Of a stretch of DNA of 64,000 nt, positions 37,671 through 44,423 are shown in pieces. Within the stretch, counting starts at the first letter, position 1. Each line of letters starts with the position of its first letter. Location: assembly GCA_965247305.1 (NCBI GenBank), contig OZ252030.1, forward strand, positions 189,262 through 253,261, in the 5' to 3' direction. The position numbers and the translations under genes were made by a program. Under the pieces are notes generated by a model. The model worked only from the letters and a program-made list of their open reading frames with translations, was not told where the DNA came from and did not search any database. This stretch comes from Bryobacterales bacterium (lineage in GTDB: Bacteria; Acidobacteriota; Terriglobia; Bryobacterales; UBA6623).

Positions 37671-37786
37671 TCGAGCTGTTCGCCGGGCTGGAAGTCGAGC
37701 ATCTGAGCGCTGGCGGAGGGGAAGTTGACGTAGAACTGTTGGGAAGCCTTGCGCTTGATCAACTGCAGTTTGGTGGGGAAGGACAT
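37523..37786 (-). CDS. IS orfA, AbrB/MazE/SpoVT-like small protein (copy A, 87 aa)
   Basis: AAGGAG 7 nt upstream of the ATG. MSFPTKLQLIKRKASQQFYVNFPSASAQMLDFQPGEQLEWILLDRSQLVLNRL fits a swapped-hairpin beta-alpha-beta pattern. The call is by pattern only. Confidence 0.6.
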   Translation of the reverse strand: MSFPTKLQLIKRKASQQFYVNFPSASAQMLDFQPGEQLEWILLDRSQLVLNRLQPPPVELKKKLPIESSTPSPDSSPKASTPTPDKA

Positions 37787-37941
37787 GAGGTCTCCTTGGA
37801 AATGAATCTAGTTACACAACAAGCTAAACAACTAGATACAAGAATACCTCAAAATGTTTTGAGACACAAGCATTCTCAGATCCCTCACAACTCAAGAACG
37901 TGCTTACCGCGCGTCCCATCTAGTGAAAGGCCAAACTCCAG

Positions 37942-37962
37942 GGGGCGTAGCTTGCTACGCCC
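37942..37962. repeat. hairpin GGGGCGTAGC-TT-GCTACGCCC between IS copies A and B (copy 2 of 3)
   Basis: Same stem as 36065-36085 with the 2-nt loop complemented. Confidence 0.85.
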
Positions 37963-39817
37963 CTGGAGTTTGGCTGTTCAAAGAGGGTTGAAGTTTGGGG
38001 TAGGGTGCGGAAATAGGGGATTGGCGTTAGCCGGAAGCGTAGATTGCTGCAGGCGGAGCGCCTCTTGGGAGTTTCTGCAGCTTCGTGTTGGATTGCGAAG
38101 TGTTCCGCAAGCCGCAGAAATGTTGCCGCTGCACGCCGTCCGCCCAAAGCTCGGCCCGCAGGTGGCTGATCAGCCGTTGCGTGGTGAGCCGTTGCGGCTG
38201 CGAGCGGCGTCGCCAGTGCGGTCGCGGCAAGGCGTCGTCCACGCCCTGTTGGCGGCTCCAACTCGCGCCCGCCAACAGCAGTAGCGCATACACCGCCGTC
38301 ATAAATTGAGGGACCCGCTCGACCGCGTCCGGCTGCCGCACCTGCGCCTGTCCGACTCCCAACAGCGTCTTCTGCTCACGGAAGTTGACCTCGATCTCCC
38401 AGCGCCAAACGTACTGCCGCACGATCTGCTCCAGCCCCAAACTCGGATCGCTGACAATCAAATACGCCGGCTTGCGATACAGCACCTTCGAGCCCGCCCG
38501 CGGCCGATAACCCAACGGTGCGATCACCACCAAACGCAAGTCCCGCTTGCCTCCCGCCGGCCGCCAACGCAGCGGCGCGAGCGTCTTCACTTTGAACTGG
38601 TGCAGGCTGCCGGCGGCAAAAACCTCGACCGTTTGCCACGGCACGTTGTCGTCCTGGCGGAGTTGCTCGGGCGTCGGCGCGCGTTCGCCGTAACAACGCC
38701 TGCGGCCTTTGCCGGGCTGCTCGAGGGGCAGATGATACAGCTTGGCGTCGGAACGAATGCGGCCGATCAACGTCACCTCGGCGGGCAACGATCCGAACAC
38801 CGTGCGGTTGGTGTAAGCGCCATCAACGACGAGGTGCAAGGCTCTGTCAGCGCCTCCGGGATCGGCGTTCATGGCCTCGCGCAAGCGCGCGATGTGCCTG
38901 GCGGCGAGGGCCGTCAAGCTGCACTTGCGAGCCTCGCGCCGGTACTGTTTCCAAACCTCGTCCGTGGCCTTCTTCGACGGTCGGCGCGGAGTCGGCGCGT
39001 GTTCCAAGCCGATCGGAATGAGTCGCGCCGGCTGCTGCCGCTCGCTGGGAGGCAGCGCTGCCGAGAATTGCAAGAAGCGCTGCGCGAGAATCAAGTTGGC
39101 CTGAAACTTGGGTCCAAGCGGATCGCGCCGCCAACTCACGCCGGGCGTTTTGAGACTCGACTTGGCGAGCAGTGTATCGTCGATGGCGACGACCAAGGGA
39201 GCCTCGGGCGGCAAGCGAGCGAGCACCTCGCGGCGCGAGGCATCGAGCAGGCGTTGCGGCTCGACGCGTTGTTGCGAGAACAGGCGGTAGCCGGCGCTCC
39301 AGTCCTGAAAGCTCTCGCCGGAGGCATGTAGCAGGCCGGTGATGGTGGAGCGGCCGAGGCAGACGGCGGCACCGAGAGCGAGGCGGGTGAGGTGGTCGTT
39401 CACGCTTTGTCGGGCGTGGGGGTTGAGGCCTTTGGCGAAGAGTCGGGAGAAGGTGTCGACGACTCGATCGGGAGTTTTTTTTCAACTCGACGGGCGGAGG
39501 TTGCAAACGATTGAGCACGAGTTGGGAGCGGTCGAGCAGGATCCATTCGAGCTGTTCGCCGGGCTGGAAGTCGAGCATCTGAGCGCTGGCGGAGGGGAAG
39601 TTGACGTAGAACTGTTGGGAAGCCTTGCGCTTGATCAACTGCAGTTTGGTGGGGAAGGACATGAGGTCTCCTTGGAAATGAATCTAGTTACACAACAAGC
39701 TAAACAACTAGATACAAGAATACCTCAAAATGTTTTGAGACACAAGCATTCTCAGATCCCAGACAACTCAAGAACGTGCTTACCGCGCGTCCCATCTAGT
39801 GAAAGGCCAAACTCCAG
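37963..39817 (-). mobile_element. IS4-superfamily insertion sequence, copy B (1855 bp), head-to-tail with copy A
   Basis: Same termini as copy A. It differs from A by A8 vs A9 (39475-39482), one synonymous base (39056) and a 2-nt change at 39771-39772 in the noncoding 5' region. Confidence 0.92.
38027..39403 (-). CDS. DDE transposase frame of IS copy B
   Basis: 458-aa ORF identical in protein sequence to the corresponding part of copy A. The orfA ATG lies at 39662. Confidence 0.85.
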   Translation of the reverse strand: MNDHLTRLALGAAVCLGRSTITGLLHASGESFQDWSAGYRLFSQQRVEPQRLLDASRREVLARLPPEAPLVVAIDDTLLAKSSLKTPGVSWRRDPLGPKFQANLILAQRFLQFSAALPPSERQQPARLIPIGLEHAPTPRRPSKKATDEVWKQYRREARKCSLTALAARHIARLREAMNADPGGADRALHLVVDGAYTNRTVFGSLPAEVTLIGRIRSDAKLYHLPLEQPGKGRRRCYGERAPTPEQLRQDDNVPWQTVEVFAAGSLHQFKVKTLAPLRWRPAGGKRDLRLVVIAPLGYRPRAGSKVLYRKPAYLIVSDPSLGLEQIVRQYVWRWEIEVNFREQKTLLGVGQAQVRQPDAVERVPQFMTAVYALLLLAGASWSRQQGVDDALPRPHWRRRSQPQRLTTQRLISHLRAELWADGVQRQHFCGLRNTSQSNTKLQKLPRGAPPAAIYASG

Positions 39818-39836
39818 GGGCGTAGCTTGCTACGCC
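39818..39836. repeat. hairpin GGGCGTAGC-TT-GCTACGCC right of IS copy B (copy 3 of 3)
   Basis: Directly abuts the IS right end. Confidence 0.85.
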
Positions 39837-39837
39837 T

Positions 39838-39903
39838 GATTCTCGAGTTAGGAGAGGTTTTTTCATACCCCCTAGGGTTGCGACTCTGATGCCGTTGCTC
39901 TAG
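39838..39903. repeat. palindromic intergenic element family 1, copy 2, short (right) arm
   Basis: GATTCTCGAGTTAGGAGAGGTTTTTTCA... is the reverse complement of 36033-36064 with 1 mismatch. It ends GCCGTTGCTCTAG, mirroring CTAGAGCA...AACGGC of the left arm. Confidence 0.8.
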
Positions 39904-39932
39904 GGTATTGCAGCGTTTGCGCCGTGGTGATT

Positions 39933-41042
39933 TCACGAGAACGCGGATCGCAGCGTTGCAGCGTATGTTTCAATCATCTGGTTCTGGTTGAAACGATCGA
40001 CTACTGTGCGGCGGGCGTTGCTTGACAAGTCCGCGTAGTCTTCCGGAATTCGGGTGAAGGCGTCGGCGAAGGCATCGGGTGTTCTCGCACCAGTCAACTT
40101 GCCGTTTCTGCCGTCGGAGATGACGTCGGCTACCGTGCCGACATCGGCTGCTATCGGGACCACTCCCATCGCCATTGCTTCTAGTAACACTAGCGGGCTG
40201 CCTTCAGTTTCTGAGGTTAGGAGCAGGTGGTCGGATACGGCTAGTAAATGGGGAATGCGATCGGTCAGGCCCAGGATGTGGCAGTGATTCGTCAGGCGCC
40301 GTTCGGCAATTTCCTGTTCCACCTGGTCTCTGTCGGGGCCGTCTCCGGCAATTAGTGCCCGGATCTTGCGGTCGGGGTTGCGGCGGATGATCTCTAACAC
40401 GGCCCGTACGAAAAGAGGGCAGGCCTTTTCGGGAGAAAGTCTGCCTATGAATGTGAGTACGGTTTCGTCTTCGGTGACGGCGAATTCGCGGCGCAATTCG
40501 GGCAGCTCGTGCGCGTAAGTTACGGAGTTGAAGCGAGTTTCGACGTCAACACCGTTGTGGGCAAGAGTGACTTTGTTCGGATCGATCGATGCGAATTTGA
40601 TGAGTTCATCGGCCTGGGCTGGGCCAACCGCGAAGTGCCGGTCGATGAACAGATCAAAAAGAACTGAGTGACGGATCCAGGCCTCGGGCGCGGTGTTGTG
40701 GACGATGTCGGCGGTCCAGATGTTGTGGGCAATCGATTTGAGTTCCGGGAGGGCTTCGTAGCCGGCGGCGCACCAGTTGACTAAGACACCTCGAACGTTG
40801 TGCTGCTCGACTAACGACTTCAAGAAGGCTGGAGTCGGCTCGCTGGTCTGGCGGGCGGCGTGTTCGACCCAAACTGCTTGCCGAGCGACCTGCTCCTCTA
40901 GAGGGTGATCGCCCGCTAGGGTCGTGACGACGCCGAAATCGAATTCGTCGTGGAGGGCCTCGATGATTTGGAACCCGATCGCGTCGGCGCCGCCGATCTC
41001 AAGCCACGGGACGACTAGCATGATGGTCGGGCGCTGACTCAT
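39933..41042 (-). CDS. glycosyltransferase family 4 (GT-B, group 1)
   Basis: Contains LLLTSETEGSPLVLLEAMAMGVVPIAADVG (E-x7-E-type region) and the N-terminal GGADA motif. Confidence 0.85.
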   Translation of the reverse strand: MSQRPTIMLVVPWLEIGGADAIGFQIIEALHDEFDFGVVTTLAGDHPLEEQVARQAVWVEHAARQTSEPTPAFLKSLVEQHNVRGVLVNWCAAGYEALPELKSIAHNIWTADIVHNTAPEAWIRHSVLFDLFIDRHFAVGPAQADELIKFASIDPNKVTLAHNGVDVETRFNSVTYAHELPELRREFAVTEDETVLTFIGRLSPEKACPLFVRAVLEIIRRNPDRKIRALIAGDGPDRDQVEQEIAERRLTNHCHILGLTDRIPHLLAVSDHLLLTSETEGSPLVLLEAMAMGVVPIAADVGTVADVISDGRNGKLTGARTPDAFADAFTRIPEDYADLSSNARRTVVDRFNQNQMIETYAATLRSAFS

Positions 41043-41055
41043 CTTTGGGCTCGGA

Positions 41056-42549
41056 CTACTTTTCGAAGATCGTTTCGGCGGGGACGATTTCGATTGAGCC
41101 GATATCGAGTTTGTAGTCGACGATGGTTTTGTCTTCGGCCAGGATGTCGTCGGCTGGCGGCGTTGCGTAGAGCGGTGTGGCGCGGGCGCCGCTTTGAAGG
41201 GCTCGGCGCATGCCCTGGGCGTCTTTGGTGATGATGACGATGTCTAGGTCGGTGGCTCTCAGATGTTTCTTGATTGCTTGATTGACTGCATCAATTGAGA
41301 GGCCGCTGATCTGGTCTTTGATCCAACCGTTGAATTCGGGTAGGCGGTAGTGGGCGGCGTCGAGAGCGTAGCCAAGTTCGTTTGACTGCGTCTGCGTTAA
41401 CAGATTGACGTACTTGCTAAGGAACTCCCGCGTCGCTGAAAAGTCCTCTTCGGGGATTCCTTCGCGGACTAGTTTGTCGAGTTCGTGCATGGCGATCTTG
41501 AGCGCGAACAGGCCATTTTCTGGGACCACGGGACGAATCCAAATTTGAAAGATTTGCTGTCGACGCGCGAGATTCGGCTGGGGCTGAGTTAGGAACATTC
41601 CGCGCGGAAAATATTCGATGTAGGCGTAGTCGCCGTAGTTCATGCCGCGGATTTCGCGGATGCGTTGGTAGAGGCGGCTTTTACTTGAGCGGTGTTGGCC
41701 AAGGTAGCTCTGCATGAGTTTGAGCGCCGGCCAGTCGGGATGGTCACGTGTGACTTCGATCGGGAAACCCAACGAGATCAGAGTGGAACGAGTGTCCTTT
41801 TCAATGATGTGGACTCGTAATTTTTTCGCCGGGCTAGGTTGCGGGAGGACGGTTTCCTCGGAGACATGGTCGGGTAAGAGTTCGAAGTCCTTTTTGACGC
41901 GCTCGGGGAAACTTTCGGGGTAACCACCCGCTAGGCCGATCGTTAGTTTGCTTCGCCAGTAGTTGGCGTCGTAGAAGGCTTTGAGGTCGCCTAGGGTCAT
42001 CACTTCGACGGACGCGATTGTTCCGGAAGTTTGGTGACCGTAGGGGTGGCCTTGGTAGATCTTCAGGTACAGGTATTCTTTGCCTAGTTCCTCTTCGTTG
42101 TTGGAGCGGAGTTGGATGCGCAGGAAGTTGAGCGCTTCGTCTTTGAGACGCGTGAAGTCGTCCTCGCGCCAACCTGGTTCGAGTAGCATCTGGCGCAGGA
42201 TTTCGTAGTAGGCGTCGAGGTTTTCGGCGTGTGTTGTTCCCTCGAAGACGGTCATCTCTTTATCGACTTGGGCCGAGACGGCCGCTGCCATGGGGAAAAA
42301 TGCGTCGACGATCTCGTCGTCGCTCATTTTTTGGCTGCCGCCGCCAGTTAGCATGGCCGCGGTTAGGGCGGCCGCACCCTGTTTGCCCGGCGAGTCGAAG
42401 GCAGCACCGGTACGAAAGACGATGCGGAAGGTCACCAATGGAGATCTGGTTGGTTTTAGCAGCAGCTCGGGTTCGGCGGCTAGGGCCGTGAACGCGAAGG
42501 CCGCGAGTGTGGCGAGGCGAATCAGTCTCATCAAGTTTTTGTTAGTCAT
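41056..42549 (-). CDS. M16 family peptidase-like protein lacking the HxxEH site (non-catalytic partner)
   Basis: ATG at 42549 gives signal peptide MTNKNLMRLIRLATLAAFAFTALAA. It has an M16 fold pattern but no HxxEH. It overlaps the upstream M16 gene by 8 nt. Confidence 0.75.
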   Translation of the reverse strand: MTNKNLMRLIRLATLAAFAFTALAAEPELLLKPTRSPLVTFRIVFRTGAAFDSPGKQGAAALTAAMLTGGGSQKMSDDEIVDAFFPMAAAVSAQVDKEMTVFEGTTHAENLDAYYEILRQMLLEPGWREDDFTRLKDEALNFLRIQLRSNNEEELGKEYLYLKIYQGHPYGHQTSGTIASVEVMTLGDLKAFYDANYWRSKLTIGLAGGYPESFPERVKKDFELLPDHVSEETVLPQPSPAKKLRVHIIEKDTRSTLISLGFPIEVTRDHPDWPALKLMQSYLGQHRSSKSRLYQRIREIRGMNYGDYAYIEYFPRGMFLTQPQPNLARRQQIFQIWIRPVVPENGLFALKIAMHELDKLVREGIPEEDFSATREFLSKYVNLLTQTQSNELGYALDAAHYRLPEFNGWIKDQISGLSIDAVNQAIKKHLRATDLDIVIITKDAQGMRRALQSGARATPLYATPPADDILAEDKTIVDYKLDIGSIEIVPAETIFEK

Positions 42550-43912
42550 CACCGCTCCCTTTGTCGTCGGACTGATAGGTGAGTACTGAAACGGTTCGGG
42601 CCGTTTCGACAAAGTATTTTTGGGCGACCGCCTGGACGTCTTCGGCGCTGACGCCGGCGTAAAGTTTGTAGCGCTTGTTGATGGTTTCGGGACTGCGCCG
42701 CAGGCTGAGGTAGTGGGCTAGCGTTTGGGCGATGGCTTCGGTGCTATTCATGCCTAGCGCGAACTGGTAGCGCAGGTGCGACTTGACCGCGTCGAGCTCT
42801 TCGGTTGGGATTGGCTCACTTTTGACACGCTCGAAGGTTTCTAAGATCTGCTGTTCGACGTAGGCGACGTCGGCTTCGTCCTTCACGCGGGCAATCACCG
42901 AAAAGGGGTAAGGGTCTCGGTGGTCGGGGTAGCTGGGCATGACGGCATCGACCTTTTGCTCTTCGATGACCAACTTCTTGTAGAGGTCGGAATTGTCGCC
43001 AAAGGAGTGGAAAGAGATCAGGTCCATCACGGCGGAGTCGATCAGTTCGTCGTCGTAGGCCGGCGCTTGGAAAGAGACCGCTAGGAACGGTAGCGTCGGC
43101 GCTTGGAACTTGAGATCGACTCGTTTCGATTCCGATTGCGGCGGGTCGGCAGGGATGGCGGCTTCGTAGCTGCCGCGATTCCAGCCGCCCCAGTATTTTT
43201 CGACTATCGCTTGGGTGGCATCGAAGTCGACGTCACCAACTACCGTGACCGTCGTGTATTCGGGGCGGTAGTAACGATCGAAGAATTGCAGGCCGTAGTC
43301 GTACATTGATGGCATATTTTCGACGTCTTCGACAAAGCCCATCGTGGTGTGTTTGTAGGTGTGGTTGCTGAAGATGGCATTGCGCATGCCTTCGTCTAGC
43401 TTGCGGAACGGGTTCGAAAAGTTCTTGTTGTACTCGCTAAGAACCGCGCGGGTTTCGGTCTTGAATACTTCTTCGGAGTAGCTGAGGTTTTGGAATCGGT
43501 CGGCTTCAAGCTCAAGTATGTTCTCTAGGTCTTCTTTGGAAAACGTGGCGTGATAGACGGTGCGGTCGTCCGAGGTGTAGGCGTTGGTGGACGCACCTGC
43601 TGCTTCCATAACGGCTTGCCACGCTTCGGGCGGATTTTTCTCGGTGCCGCGAAACATCACGTGTTCGAAGAGGTGGGCGAAGCCGGAACGGCCTGGTTCA
43701 ACTTCGTTGCGCGAGCCGACGTTGACTACGACGTAGAGCGAAACGATATTGGGGTAGCCGGAATCGACTGTGACCAGGCGCAGGCCATTGTCAAAGTCGT
43801 GAATTTCGTAGGAGTAGGGAAAGATGGGTGGGGGGTCGGGGGTGCCTGAGCTGCAGGCCGCAAGTACGATTGCGAGTACGCAGGCTAGTCCGCCCGTAAG
43901 GTGAACTCTCAT
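42542..43912 (-). CDS. M16 family zinc metallopeptidase (pitrilysin/insulinase type), lipoprotein
   Basis: Zinc motif HLFEHVMFRGT (HxxEH). Lipobox ...VLAAC. Confidence 0.85.
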   Translation of the reverse strand: MRVHLTGGLACVLAIVLAACSSGTPDPPPIFPYSYEIHDFDNGLRLVTVDSGYPNIVSLYVVVNVGSRNEVEPGRSGFAHLFEHVMFRGTEKNPPEAWQAVMEAAGASTNAYTSDDRTVYHATFSKEDLENILELEADRFQNLSYSEEVFKTETRAVLSEYNKNFSNPFRKLDEGMRNAIFSNHTYKHTTMGFVEDVENMPSMYDYGLQFFDRYYRPEYTTVTVVGDVDFDATQAIVEKYWGGWNRGSYEAAIPADPPQSESKRVDLKFQAPTLPFLAVSFQAPAYDDELIDSAVMDLISFHSFGDNSDLYKKLVIEEQKVDAVMPSYPDHRDPYPFSVIARVKDEADVAYVEQQILETFERVKSEPIPTEELDAVKSHLRYQFALGMNSTEAIAQTLAHYLSLRRSPETINKRYKLYAGVSAEDVQAVAQKYFVETARTVSVLTYQSDDKGSGDD

Positions 43913-44022
43913 TTGTGATCTCCGCTGGGGATTCGACGCCTTTCATGCTAGCGGACGGGGCGGGCTTTGATCTGAAGCGTGGACTGCCGTCCATGCCTCG
44001 CTGGAGTGCCGTCCATGCCTCG

Positions 44023-44256
44023 CTGGAGTTTGGCCTGCGCTGGCCTTTCCCGCTCGTTCGGCGGGGCAGGGGGAACTCCCGGCGCGTCGTCGACTTCGAA
44101 TCCCAGGGTTGCACCCCGGGCGAATACAAACGTCACCCCTCCGGGGTTCAGATTCTGTGGCTTCGCGCACAGTGCTACGCGCAATCCGAGGCGTCAGTGA
44201 TTCGATTATGGACTCATTCTTCAAGCCTTACAGCCTCCAATAAAGCCACACTCCAG
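44023..44256. mobile_element. 234-bp MITE carrying the terminal inverted repeats of the IS
   Basis: Starts CTGGAGTTTGGCC and ends GCCACACTCCAG. There is no coding capacity. It is flanked by duplicated hairpin GAAGCGTGGACTGYCGTCCAYGCCTCG (43974-44000 and 44258-44284). Confidence 0.7.
44059..44170. repeat. ~112-bp repeat (family 2), copy inside the MITE
   Basis: CGGCGGGGCAGGGGGAA...GGGTTGCACCC...CACCCCTCCGGGGTTCAG...GGCTTCGCGCAC aligns with 61576-61688 at roughly 85% identity by eye. Confidence 0.8.
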
Positions 44257-44423
44257 TGAAGCGTGGACTGTCGTCCACGCCTCGGATTCTGGGTGGCGAG
44301 TGGCCTCGTTGGCGCAGGGTTCGAGAACAGTGTCGACAGCGGAAGACTTCTCGGGGCGGTAACTACGGCAGCTCTGAACACGCCCTTTGATAGAATGGAC
44401 AAGCCTGGAAGGCCTGTATTCTC

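Larger units (their letters stand above)
36086..37941 (-). mobile_element. IS4-superfamily insertion sequence, copy A (1856 bp)
   Basis: Ends are CTGGAGTTTGGC... and ...GCCAAACTCCAG (12-bp perfect terminal inverted repeats). It is near-identical to 37963-39817 and 55859-57770. It contains orfA plus a DDE transposase. Confidence 0.92.

Noticed and set aside
37625-38284. 219-aa plus-strand ORF spanning the junction between IS copies A and B.
   Set aside because: It crosses IS end, hairpin and next IS end, and runs antisense to orfA and the transposase C-terminus. It has no independent support.
38847-39662. 271-aa minus-strand ORFs (also 56800..57615) starting with the orfA sequence.
   Set aside because: Only the first ~64 codons are genuine orfA. 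After the A8 run the ORF continues in the third frame over the transposase, giving an Arg/Pro-rich sequence. It is an artefact of the homopolymer length, not a distinct protein.
36065-39836. Regularly spaced identical hairpin repeats, considered as a possible CRISPR-like array.
   Set aside because: There are only three copies. The 'spacers' are two near-identical 1.86-kb IS copies. There are no cas genes and the repeat is only about 20 bp. They are explained as flanking duplications.
44085-44115. TTCGAATCC (tRNA T-loop-like) string inside the family-2 repeat, considered as a tRNA fragment or att site.
   Set aside because: The flanking bases do not form a T-stem or acceptor stem. No cloverleaf can be drawn, and the second repeat copy has TTTGAATCA at this position.
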